This document shows positions 1-8,354 of a DNA stretch of 64,000 nt, in pieces. Source of the stretch: a virus; the IMG/VR virus record IMGVR_UViG_3300047509_000177, positions 1-64,000 of that record; one strand, written 5' to 3'. Numbering within the stretch: the stretch's first letter is position 1; each line of letters begins with the position of its first letter. Both the position numbers and the translations under genes were made by a program. Under the pieces are notes generated by a model that was not told the DNA's origin, did no database searches, and saw only the letters and a list, made by a program, of their open reading frames with translations.

Positions 1-229
1 CTGGTTCATCGGGGTCCGAATCATCGTCTTGGGGTACGGAGCAGCCGGTCTTGGGGTATCGTGCTGGACTATGCTCGTCAGAACAAGCCCATTTGCAGGG
101 CTTTTCCCTTTCGCCAAGCTCTCCTAGGCATGTCGCGGGGGTATCCGGGCCTGTGTAGTTCCCATCCAAGTACATTGAGACGGCCCAAGTCTGGAAGTTC
201 TTCCAACCGTTATATGTATCGTCAACCAT
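1..229 (-). CDS. Hypothetical phage protein, runs off the window edge
   Basis: Manual translation MVDDTYNGWKNFQTWAVSMYLDGN..., open to base 1; SD-like AGGA upstream; the YNGWxNxxTW start is a recurrent phage motif. Confidence 0.6.
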   Translation of the reverse strand, partial: MVDDTYNGWKNFQTWAVSMYLDGNYTGPDTPATCLGELGEREKPCKWACSDEHSPARYPKTGCSVPQDDDSDPDEP

Positions 230-256
230 ATTCTTTTCCTTCCTAATCAAATCGTC

Positions 257-487
257 TCAGGAAATCCTTGGCACAAATGCTTTCAACCAATACGGCAATT
301 CTTCGCCTAGTTCATCGATGTGAGTCTCACGGCCCGTTAGTTCTGAGAGCTTGTACTCGCCCATATTACTGCCGCAAGCATCTCGTGCTTCTTTGCGACC
401 GTTGAAGTAGCCAAGTATTACTCTTCCCTTTTTGGTCGAACCGATTACAGCATATTTGGTTTTGCTTGTTCTTTGTTCTCTAATCAT
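257..487 (-). CDS. Hypothetical protein
   Basis: 76-aa ORF in a tightly packed leftward gene run. Confidence 0.55.
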   Translation of the reverse strand: MIREQRTSKTKYAVIGSTKKGRVILGYFNGRKEARDACGSNMGEYKLSELTGRETHIDELGEELPYWLKAFVPRIS

Positions 488-659
488 CTAGATCAATCCC
501 TTCTAGATCTAGCCAGCTATTGAAAGCTTCTCTATAAGCAATAGGGTCCAGCTCACGCAAAATTCGCGCTGAATCAAACTCTAGCCCGTAAACTACAATT
601 GACTCGCTTGTATCTGCAAGCTCTTGGTGGAACCGGTTGAGAGCCTCGAACTCAGTCAT
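480..659 (-). CDS. Small acidic hypothetical phage protein (59 aa, not in ORF track)
   Basis: Manual translation MTEFEALNRF...ILRELDPIAYREAFNSWLD...; fills the gap between neighbours and overlaps both. Confidence 0.6.
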   Translation of the reverse strand: MTEFEALNRFHQELADTSESIVVYGLEFDSARILRELDPIAYREAFNSWLDLEGIDLDD

Positions 660-880
660 TCTTTCATCACATCTTCTACTAGCTTGTCTGGGGTTGGACG
701 ATCGGCAATAATCTCCTCTGCTTCATTCTGAATAGTATCGGATACTACTATGGCCGCAATCTCCCGTGCGCGAGAAAGAAGCGGGATAACATAATCATGA
801 GATCCCTGGCGCAAGTTTTCTAGTGCTGCTCCGATATTCTCGTGCAGTTCTTGAGCTTCTTCTAGATTGATATATAGCAT
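656..880 (-). CDS. Hypothetical protein
   Basis: 74-aa ORF with AAGGGAAAG upstream. Confidence 0.55.
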   Translation of the reverse strand: MLYINLEEAQELHENIGAALENLRQGSHDYVIPLLSRAREIAAIVVSDTIQNEAEEIIADRPTPDKLVEDVMKE

Positions 881-1069
881 TGTTCTTTCCCTTTTTTTTT
901 AGCGCTAAATCGCGCCGAGTATATCTAATGATCCAATATAGAGCTGATAGTAGCTGAAGCCCTTAGAATAGGCTATCGGGGAGAACTTCGACCATATGGC
1001 CAGAATCCCCTGCTGAGATTGAAGATTTGGGTGTTCTAGAGCTTGATGCTAGCTATTGATTTAGCGGTG

Positions 1070-1282
1070 CTATCCGTAGACTACTATTCCCCTGTCTGTG
1101 TTTATGCAGCGGGATAGTGGACCAAAGGAATCCTTCTCTCCTGTATACCAAGATCCTTCAAGCTCATATCCGGCAGCTTCTAGCGCGGGGGAGAGAGTAA
1201 TCTTCTCGCATTCATAATAACTCTCATAGTCGACAATGATGTCAGGACAAATATTGAGCAAATACAGATAGTTCTTAGTCAT
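1070..1282 (-). CDS. Hypothetical phage protein
   Basis: 70-aa ORF with SD AGGAAG; W-x-TGEKDSFGPLSR motif. Confidence 0.55.
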   Translation of the reverse strand: MTKNYLYLLNICPDIIVDYESYYECEKITLSPALEAAGYELEGSWYTGEKDSFGPLSRCINTDRGIVVYG

Positions 1283-1502
1283 TACTCTTCCTAGTTATGT
1301 GGGCGAACGATATCTAGCTTCGGTGTAAAGCCTTCGATCTTTAGATGCTCCATTCGGCGCGAAATCCGGCCGAGAGAATGGCTCAGTAGATTCCTATCAG
1401 GATAGTAGTGGTTTCCACGATAGACGTATATTCGGTAGAGAGTCATAGCTTCCCTTTTCCTTTAGCTTCTACTCTATAGTATATCTTGTCAGAAGTCAAT
1501 AG

Positions 1503-1937
1503 TTATTCTTGAATCTTTATGTTCTTGGGCCATATATAAGGAAGGTCATCTGGTATGTCAGGAAACAGCGGCCCATAATGCGCGGGATTCTTGCGGAGAA
1601 GATTGGATTGATGGCTTCGATGGAAGTCCTTATCGCCGAGCCACGGAACCGGCGCAACATTGCCGGTGGGCCAAGAAGAGAGGGCAATGATCTTTTCAAG
1701 GCACGTGTCTCGATAGCCTTGTTTGGCCCACTCGCCACAGACTGCTGACCCGTACAATGCGAGAGCAGCCTCATATCCTCGCCACATGCGTACGGCGGGA
1801 TGAGAAGCCCAACCAGATGTCTCGCCAGAGAGCGTGCGCAGAATCTGTAGGACCTCTACCCGCTGCTTGCCCAACCGCTGGCGATCGAGCACGGAGGCTG
1901 AACGAACAAAGCTGTCGTATGGGAGGAAGGTCTGCAA
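1503..1937 (-). CDS. MSMEG_6728-family / pyrimidine-dimer DNA glycosylase (endonuclease V-like)
   Basis: MQTFLPY...LDRQRLGKQRVE..QIL...HPAVRMWRGYE...PWLG...HRSHQSNLLRK signature of this family. Confidence 0.8.
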   Translation of the reverse strand: MQTFLPYDSFVRSASVLDRQRLGKQRVEVLQILRTLSGETSGWASHPAVRMWRGYEAALALYGSAVCGEWAKQGYRDTCLEKIIALSSWPTGNVAPVPWLGDKDFHRSHQSNLLRKNPAHYGPLFPDIPDDLPYIWPKNIKIQE

Positions 1938-1939
1938 CG

Positions 1940-2197
1940 TTAGATCTTTCTCTGGCGCCTTGCGAGCCTTGCCAGACGTCTAGCACGATACTCAGGATCT
2001 ATGCTTTCGCAGGATATATCCTCGGCCATAGACTTAGCTTCGGCCAAAGTCGCGCCGTGGCATTCCACCATCGGAGGACGAATAACCTCCCATTGATTAC
2101 TAGCGGACTGGACTACGCGCAAGAGAGTGCCCTCGGAGTCGGTAGCCTCATACCATCCAGCTTTGATCTTATGCCAGTTGAGCTTATATTTAGCCAT
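1940..2197 (-). CDS. Hypothetical protein
   Basis: 85-aa ORF with a TLAEAK motif, coupled to neighbours. Confidence 0.55.
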   Translation of the reverse strand: MAKYKLNWHKIKAGWYEATDSEGTLLRVVQSASNQWEVIRPPMVECHGATLAEAKSMAEDISCESIDPEYRARRLARLARRQRKI

Positions 2198-2427
2198 TAT
2201 TCTTCCTTGGGCTTAGATTCCGCGCAAGGCATGATCTTGTAACTACCAAAGCCAAGCTCATGGTCTAGATCGTTGTACTCCTGCTCTATGAACTTCTCGG
2301 CGGCGGATCGCGCCGAAGTAGCCTCAACACAAGTTCCTTCTTTTCCCCACGTATCTTTACAGCCCACTCGGTGGACCTCAAAATCCCTGTCCTGTTTATT
2401 CAGTGTCTCTATGATTGAGTAAAGCAT
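2197..2427 (-). CDS. Hypothetical phage protein
   Basis: Likely start MLYSIIE at 2427; VHRVGCKD...MPC motifs. Confidence 0.5.
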   Translation of the reverse strand: MLYSIIETLNKQDRDFEVHRVGCKDTWGKEGTCVEATSARSAAEKFIEQEYNDLDHELGFGSYKIMPCAESKPKEE

Positions 2428-2429
2428 AT

Positions 2430-2480
2430 TGGCCGCTAGAGGATTCGATCCTCCACCCATTTCAGGGCAGAAAAGCGGCC
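2430..2480 (-). ncRNA. Minimal tRNA-like structure without a D-arm
   Basis: 7-bp GGCCGCT/AGCGGCC stem plus A, T-arm-like GGAGG-ATCGAAT-CCTCT, and one short hairpin. Confidence 0.35.
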
Positions 2481-2490
2481 GGGTGATAGC

Positions 2491-2691
2491 TCAGTAAACA
2501 GTAGGTTCAATAAGCTCTGTTATGTCCCCAGTAAGATTATGCTGCTTAGTTGCTTCAGCGCGGACAGCGCGGTTGTGGGTCGTACTAGCAAGGACATTCC
2601 TATTATCCCTGTAGAGCTTGAGAGCTGCTAGCAGGATGGCTTCTTGTTCGGCAGTGATAGAGATTGTCTTTGTGAATTTAGAAGCAATCAT
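2491..2691 (-). CDS. Hypothetical protein
   Basis: 66-aa ORF with GGGAAGG upstream. Confidence 0.45.
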   Translation of the reverse strand: MIASKFTKTISITAEQEAILLAALKLYRDNRNVLASTTHNRAVRAEATKQHNLTGDITELIEPTVY

Positions 2692-2969
2692 TAGAGCCTT
2701 CCCTTTGTAGAACGATAGAATACTGCATACACCGCTGAGGTTTGACCCTCTGCGCGCTCTGCTCCGCTGGCAGAGCCGCGCGGTGTGGTGGTTCTATCGG
2801 GAAGTAGTTCTAACAGTGATCGTAGATAGACCCGCTTGCACGTAGGTCTGAGCGCTCTGGGCAGCCACAGTCGGAGATATCGTGCGCTGTTTGCTCGCCT
2901 TCGTATAGCTCCAGCTTATCAAGACTTGTTAGATGCTCTTGCTTATAGAACATTCTTCTCTCCTCGGTC

Positions 2970-3490
2970 TGTAGAACAGAATTGCTTGAAAAGCATACTA
3001 TCTATCTTCCAGCCCTCCTGCTCTCCTAATGTAGCACACTAGCCCATCCGAGTACAACCCCCTTTGATAGAACATTGAGGCAAACTACTTATTTGCAACA
3101 TATTGATACAATACTTCCATTTTAGAAGATCCATCCAGCTCAGCAGGCGCCAGAATCGGCCGGGTAGAAGATCATTCTCAATCCCCTATAGTTACAAAGC
3201 ACCTTTCCTCCCGGCGAATTCCTGCTGCCCCAACCGAAGGTTCCGGTACCCCGGCCAGGGGGTGCTCGACTTCGGGCTTTTCTGCTGGCATACGGGGTCG
3301 ATCCTAAGTGGCCCACGCCATCACCAAATCGTGCTACAATGTAGAACATGGATATGCTAACTATAATTCAAATTCTTATGATTATATATTTGACTTTTCT
3401 TACAATACTTATTATATATATAATCAAAAGTAGGAAATGATCTCTAGAATTTGTTCTACAATGTGCTACAAGGAGTTGTTCTACATGAGA
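2970..3490. repeat. Cluster of direct and inverted GT(G/T)CTACA repeats in the divergent intergenic region
   Basis: Direct copies near 3331, 3453, 3462 and 3477; inverted copies near 2970, 3029 and 3340; adjacent AT-rich tract 3360-3530. Confidence 0.45.
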
Positions 3491-3632
3491 ATTGATATAG
3501 ATGAAAAAATATATGAAGAATTGAGGTAGATGAACCTGATAGCCTCCTCGACCGAGCGGGACGTGAAGTTAGTCCTTATTGAAAACTGTATACTTTGAGC
3601 TACCACCGCGCAGATCGCGCGGGGAGACTACT

Positions 3633-3643
3633 TGTGCTACAAT
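3633..3643 (+). promoter_or_regulatory. Extended -10 promoter, probably leaderless transcript
   Basis: TGTGcTACAAT followed 6 nt later by ATG 3650. Confidence 0.55.
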
Positions 3644-3649
3644 ATCAGT

Positions 3650-4078
3650 ATGTGGATATCAAATAGAAAATTTAATGAACTGCACAAAGCTTATCTTGCA
3701 TTCAAGAAATTGTCAGAAGAGCAAACAGAAGATATAAGACGAATGACTAATCTTCTTAAAGAATCTGTCAAGATTATTGAGAAAGGAGATACAATAAATA
3801 GACAAATATATGAGATTAGAGATGCTATCAAAACTATAGAGAGATTTAATAATGAGAATGAAATAGAAAAGTATTTAAAAAATAAGAAATCCTCTTGGCC
3901 TGATCTTTGGATTGTCTCCAAGAGAGGCCGGGGAGGATTTTGGGCGATGAGCGCTAAGGACTATATGGACAGAAATTCTTTTTTCTTTATCCCGACCAAA
4001 ATCAGCCCAATTAAGCCAGTTTCTATGCCCGGTCCATCTAATTTGCCGCATGTTGGCCCTGGCGGTCCTATAACTTGA
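3650..4078 (+). CDS. Hypothetical coiled-coil protein
   Basis: ORF track; start moved to ATG 3650 because of the promoter position. Confidence 0.55.
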   Translation: MWISNRKFNELHKAYLAFKKLSEEQTEDIRRMTNLLKESVKIIEKGDTINRQIYEIRDAIKTIERFNNENEIEKYLKNKKSSWPDLWIVSKRGRGGFWAMSAKDYMDRNSFFFIPTKISPIKPVSMPGPSNLPHVGPGGPIT

Positions 4079-4104
4079 CAAGCCAAACTAAGTTGTGCTA
4101 CAAT
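4075..4104 (+). promoter_or_regulatory. Sigma70/SigA-type promoter, probably leaderless
   Basis: TTGACA-18-TACAAT with TG extension; ATG 4111 lies 6 nt downstream. Confidence 0.7.
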
Positions 4105-4110
4105 CTTCTT

Positions 4111-4323
4111 ATGCTAGAAAAAATAAATCAATATACTATTTCGTTCCAAAAGAATCATAAGACTATAACAGCAGCAATTACTATGATATTGTTTATTATG
4201 ATTGCTGCGATCTTTATACCGATAGCGATACTGTATATAATAGGATCTCTATTTCATAAAGTATTTTTTACAGGGCTAATATATAAGAAGGAAAACAATA
4301 GACCAAAACTGACGTGGATATAA
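4111..4323 (+). CDS. Small membrane protein
   Basis: Long hydrophobic stretch AAITMILFIMIAAIFIPIAILYIIGSLF. Confidence 0.55.
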   Translation: MLEKINQYTISFQKNHKTITAAITMILFIMIAAIFIPIAILYIIGSLFHKVFFTGLIYKKENNRPKLTWI

Positions 4324-4324
4324 A

Positions 4325-5032
4325 ATGACATTTAATTATACGCAGCTGACACAAAATTATTTGGCAGAGCTTGAAAAAAGAAAGGTTCTGTGCCAAGAAG
4401 AAATAGAGGAACTGAATGTAGCTATTACCAGCGCAAGAAGTCTTCTCGGAGTTAAATTAGCCGAGAAGCCGAGAAATGTTCCTAAGGAGAGCAAGAAGAC
4501 AAAGAAGATTACAGAAAGAATGGTAAGAGATGCTGTAATCTATATATCAAAGAATCCTGTAGACCGCAAAAACAGATTCCCAGTTGAGGAGGGATTCTTT
4601 ACACAATCTCATATAAATGAGTTTATGGGGGTTTTTAGGTACAATCCTTCTGTTAAGGCTATTCTGGATAAAATGGTCTCTAAGGGAATTCTTGAGACAA
4701 GAAAATATAAGAATGGCCTACAATATAGGTATATCAAGCCGGATGCCGCTACCAGTGTTGCCGTAAAAGAAGTAAAAAAATATAAACAAGAAAACAGATC
4801 TCAGCCTATCCCAAGAACTGGGAACAACTATCATACAATCAGGAACAAGGATATAGAGAAGGCGATTAAATCTGCTGAATCTCAGGGGTTTATAATAAGC
4901 AGATTGGGTTCTGATCATATTCGTGTATCTAAGGAAGGGAAATTTACTACTATAAGTACAACTGGAGCTGATAAAGCGCGAGGCGTGGAGAACACCAGAG
5001 CTGCTTTAAAGAGAATTGGTGTTGAGCTGTAA
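4325..5032 (+). CDS. Coiled-coil + winged-helix-like protein with a C-terminal HicA-like domain
   Basis: C-terminus IEKAIKSAESQGFIISRLGSDHIRV...ENTRAALKRIG resembles the HicA/dsRBD-like fold with the conserved His; central ILDKMVSKGIL...YRY resembles a wHTH wing. Confidence 0.55.
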   Translation: MTFNYTQLTQNYLAELEKRKVLCQEEIEELNVAITSARSLLGVKLAEKPRNVPKESKKTKKITERMVRDAVIYISKNPVDRKNRFPVEEGFFTQSHINEFMGVFRYNPSVKAILDKMVSKGILETRKYKNGLQYRYIKPDAATSVAVKEVKKYKQENRSQPIPRTGNNYHTIRNKDIEKAIKSAESQGFIISRLGSDHIRVSKEGKFTTISTTGADKARGVENTRAALKRIGVEL

Positions 5033-5216
5033 TGAATTTCTTAAGCATTAAAAAGGGGACTTTATGCGCTAAATCATGCGGCAGAGAAGCTGGTGGTGGC
5101 GCTGCCTGCGCCTCGCCTTCGCAATCTGGCTCGCATTCGCGATCATGCGCGCCATGAAGCGGCCCACGATGCTGATCGTCGGGCTGTGCTTCGCGCCGCT
5201 GACATCAGCGCTGCCA

Positions 5217-5246
5217 TTGAGGCCCGGTTATTGCCGACAGTATAGT
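5217..5246 (+). promoter_or_regulatory. Putative promoter for the structured RNA
   Basis: TTGAGG-18-TATAGT; predicted start ~5252 coincides with the first paired bases of the RNA. Confidence 0.45.
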
Positions 5247-5250
5247 TGGG

Positions 5251-5490
5251 CACCCTGACACGACGAGGCGCTGGGGTGGCTTCAGCCCGAAAGTGAGATA
5301 TCAGGTCGTCAAGACGTGACGACCAGCACCATTTTTGGGCAGGCGAGGAGTAATCGCCGCAGGGGAGGGGGGTCCGTTGTGCTTCGGCCCACTTTCCGGG
5401 CAGCGCAGTCCCGATCCGATCTTGGGCCGCGCATGAACTGATGCGCTGCCGCTTCCCCGCGTATCAGGGTGATTGTCTCGGGCTGAGCCA
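5251..5490 (+). ncRNA. Candidate large structured non-coding RNA with a pseudoknot
   Basis: Closing stem 5251-5262/5460-5471 (11 of 12 bp); 13-bp crossing pairing 5277-5290/5478-5490; internal 8- and 9-bp perfect stems; no credible ORF. Confidence 0.6.
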
Positions 5491-5717
5491 GAGTATAAGG
5501 ACGCACCGGACGGCGCCGGGCGGGGTAAGTTCAGATCGAAAGCGAGGTACGATCGATGCGAGCAGATCTACAACCCGCACCAACACTGGCACTACGAGTT
5601 TCGCTAGTGCCTCCTAGGCAACTGGAATATGCAGAGGAGCAATCTGATAGAATTCCAGTTCTAAAGAGGAAGATAGTAAGAATAGAGAAAAAAGAACATG
5701 GAAGAAGCAAAATATAA

Positions 5718-5897
5718 ATGGATGCGACTCTGCATATTCGCTTGGATTCAGCTCTAAAGAAAGAGCTTGAAGAGTGTGCCGTATTCTATAATATAAAGCT
5801 ATCTAATGTAATTCGTATTGCACTAGAAGAGTATGCATATAAAGATCATAGACAAACTACAAATACATTGTCAAAAGTAAATTTGGAGAACTTTTGA
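5718..5897 (+). CDS. Ribbon-helix-helix DNA-binding protein (59 aa, not in ORF track)
   Basis: MDATLHIRLDSALKKELEECAVFYNIKLSNVIRIALEEY, a CopG/RelB-type RHH pattern; TGATG overlap with the next gene. Confidence 0.7.
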   Translation: MDATLHIRLDSALKKELEECAVFYNIKLSNVIRIALEEYAYKDHRQTTNTLSKVNLENF

Positions 5898-6223
5898 TGG
5901 GTAAACCACAATATGATTTAGATAATCTGTTAGAAAGTGGGTTTGTAATGAAAGTTAATGTAGCAGACAAGATAAAGGCAGACACAGCGGCAGAGATCGC
6001 GCGAGTAGAGAAGTATTTAGTTTCTTTAAGAAAGTTACAAACGGCAATAGATTCTTCCCGGAAGAAGAGGAAAGTATCTTCTAAGAAGAAATCGAGCAGC
6101 CCAAAGATACTTAGTATTATTCCAGTAGAAGGATATGCAATGCCAGAAAGTTTACAAATAAGTGAATATATTGAGCCGTTGCAAAAGAAAAAGTCTGGTA
6201 GGCCGCGCAAGAAGGTTGTATAG
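5897..6223 (+). CDS. Basic hypothetical protein with an AT-hook-like C-terminus
   Basis: Lys-rich; ends KKKSGRPRKKVV. Confidence 0.55.
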   Translation: MGKPQYDLDNLLESGFVMKVNVADKIKADTAAEIARVEKYLVSLRKLQTAIDSSRKKRKVSSKKKSSSPKILSIIPVEGYAMPESLQISEYIEPLQKKKSGRPRKKVV

Positions 6224-6406
6224 AGTGATATTATGTGGCCATCGAGATCAAGGGCGGCGAAGGCGCGCAGGAAATATACAAATGGTTTTTAATTCCCATT
6301 ATGGATATTGTTGGTGGGCTCGGAGGTATTCGGCGGGAGAATCGCGCGAGAGGAAATTAGAAAACTACTTCACTCGATATTCTCTGTACGGGCATAGGAG
6401 GCCCGC

Positions 6407-6688
6407 GTGAGCGACGAACGGATAGACCCCCAGGTGATCGAGGCGGCAGCGAAGGCGATGTACGCGGCGCTGGGTACTGCGCGTCAGCGCTCTTGGGAGG
6501 TGCTGACAATCAGACAGCGCGAGCCGATGTTGCGGGAAGCTGAGGCTGCTATCCGTGCGGCTGACCGAGAGCGAGGTATTGAGAAGGAATCGCGTCCGAA
6601 CGGTCTTATGAGCCGTGGCACGGACGAACCGTTGGAGCGTTATATCTCGGATTGGCGTCCAGTGGAGCGAGGAAGCGAGGATGTCTGA
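6407..6688 (+). CDS. Hypothetical phage protein (GC-rich)
   Basis: GTG start with SD AGGAGG; IEAAAKAMY...EAEAAIRA pattern. Confidence 0.6.
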   Translation: MSDERIDPQVIEAAAKAMYAALGTARQRSWEVLTIRQREPMLREAEAAIRAADRERGIEKESRPNGLMSRGTDEPLERYISDWRPVERGSEDV

Positions 6689-6884
6689 CGAGCTATCTGA
6701 GGCCGAGTGCGAGGCGATGGAACGCGAGAGGGCGGTCGCCGTTCGGAGCGGGCGCGGTAGTCGTTTTCAGGATGGTTGGTTTGCTGCCCGCGGCTACTAC
6801 GAAAGTGAGCTTGTCCGGCATATCGGGGCTGCGGCCCAAGCGCGCGAGCAAGCATATGGGGTCGGGCCGGAGCAGTCCTCGTGA
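6681..6884 (+). CDS. Hypothetical protein (GC-rich)
   Basis: Start MSDELSEAE overlaps the previous stop. Confidence 0.45.
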   Translation: MSDELSEAECEAMERERAVAVRSGRGSRFQDGWFAARGYYESELVRHIGAAAQAREQAYGVGPEQSS

Positions 6885-6972
6885 GCGCTGAGACGAGCAT
6901 CTGCGACTTCGCGGGCCACGATTTTCAGGACGCCGGAAAAAGAGAAAAGATATTCAAGAAAATCTTTCCAGT

Positions 6973-7040
6973 TGGGGAATGTAATGGTCGCGCAATATTC
7001 TTTGGAAGTACTAGCTCTAGTTTGAGTCTAGATTACCCAG
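6973..7040 (+). pseudogene. Degenerate tRNA-Gln(UUG)
   Basis: Acceptor TGGGGAA/TTACCCA (1 mismatch), anticodon loop CT-TTG-GA, T-arm TCTAG-TTTGAGT-CTAGA; D-arm shortened. Confidence 0.5.
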
Positions 7041-7198
7041 TATGCTATTATTAGTTAGAAATTATAGATATATCAAAAATAGAAGATGTTTTATATCTTC
7101 TACAGATGAATATTTTCTGGAATCAGAACGGATAATGAAAAAGGGTAGAGTTAAACGTAATCCTGAATTGCTAGAAATTTTAGAGAAAGAGAAGAGAG

Positions 7199-7387
7199 AT
7201 GCTACGTAAGCAAGCAAGCGTCGTAAAAGGAAAATATTTCGAGTGGGAAAGAGATGAAGGTTCAATGCATCCAGCTACTCAGGCGCAGAAATCGCGCGAA
7301 ATACAATCAGAGCTTTCTCCGATAGGTAAATTAGAGTCTAGATATAATTTACAGTTTATAAGATCTAGAGGATTTAAAGTAGCATGA
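7199..7387 (+). CDS. Hypothetical protein
   Basis: 62-aa ORF, ATGA-coupled to the next gene. Confidence 0.45.
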   Translation: MLRKQASVVKGKYFEWERDEGSMHPATQAQKSREIQSELSPIGKLESRYNLQFIRSRGFKVA

Positions 7388-7800
7388 TTGACATTTTAAT
7401 AAGAGGTGTGCCGGCACAATTTTTTTATGCAACTGATCCTGTGTCGGTATCAAGAATTGGCGATGTTGTACTTTTAACTAAGGAAAAGGAAAATAAGTTT
7501 CAGTGCAGAGTTCCTTGGGTTAACATTTTTGAGGCAAAAGAAATTGAAAGCATTGGAGGTTCGTTATTAGATAGAGGTTTTGATATAATCAGGACAAGAC
7601 TAAACAAATTTGATATTGAAACGTTTGATTCTATAATTGGGATATTTAAAGAAAAAAACATAACTCTATCAATTTTACAAGGTATTGATAAGCTATCTTT
7701 ATGCGTTGTAAACGGGAAGTTTTGTGGATATAAGATGGATTCAGAGGAAATAATTCTTGATTTTGATGTTTTAAAGAGCGAAATGATTTATAATCAGTGA
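7384..7800 (+). CDS. Hypothetical protein
   Basis: 138-aa ORF in an operon-like run. Confidence 0.55.
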   Translation: MIDILIRGVPAQFFYATDPVSVSRIGDVVLLTKEKENKFQCRVPWVNIFEAKEIESIGGSLLDRGFDIIRTRLNKFDIETFDSIIGIFKEKNITLSILQGIDKLSLCVVNGKFCGYKMDSEEIILDFDVLKSEMIYNQ

Positions 7801-8021
7801 TGCAGGACAGAGTTCTTATTATAAATGGTGTTGTATCAACCGATGAGCTATCTAAACTTGGTATAGAAGTAGCAAAAGAATTTTCAGAAGCTGATAAAGT
7901 ATTTATTATAGATATAAAAGGATTTGCTAGACAAGTTAAGTATAGTTGTAAAGAAAATCTATCTAGTGTAAAGTATATAGACGCGAGTGTTATGCGAAGA
8001 AAACAGACGAATCCTGTATAA
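7797..8021 (+). CDS. Hypothetical protein
   Basis: 74-aa ORF coupled to the previous gene. Confidence 0.5.
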   Translation: MMQDRVLIINGVVSTDELSKLGIEVAKEFSEADKVFIIDIKGFARQVKYSCKENLSSVKYIDASVMRRKQTNPV

Positions 8022-8028
8022 TTGAGAG

Positions 8029-8277
8029 GTGGATCAAAAAGCGCTAACAAAACGGCAGGTAGAATTTCTGGCGAAATCAGCGCGCGGGATGACTTATGAG
8101 GAGATAGCAGAAACTTCTTTTGTAACTAAAAATACTGTGATATCTACTTTTTCTTCTGCTAGAAAAAGATTAGGAGCAGAGACCAACACTAAATGTGTTG
8201 TCATGGCAATAGCTCGTGAGGAATTGGGGTTGAGCCATGACGGAATATGTTTCGTTCCGAATTATGAGGAGGAATAA
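8029..8277 (+). CDS. LuxR-type helix-turn-helix transcriptional regulator
   Basis: LTKRQVEFL...ARGMTYEEIAETSFVTKNTV...ARKRLGA, the LuxR C-terminal HTH pattern. Confidence 0.85.
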   Translation: MDQKALTKRQVEFLAKSARGMTYEEIAETSFVTKNTVISTFSSARKRLGAETNTKCVVMAIAREELGLSHDGICFVPNYEEE

Positions 8278-8354
8278 ATTTTAATATTATGTATATTGAT
8301 AATATGGTTAGTAATTCTAGTGTTTATAATTGCTCTTTGTCAAATGGCTAAATA

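Noticed and set aside
5300-5330. SRP RNA-like CAGG...AGCA motif
   Set aside because: No GNRA-capped helix 8 geometry; the surrounding fold is different
5076-5506. ORFs 5076-5258 (+) and 5309-5506 (-)
   Set aside because: No recognisable motifs; 5309-5506 is better explained as the antisense of a structured RNA, and 5076-5258 remains unsupported
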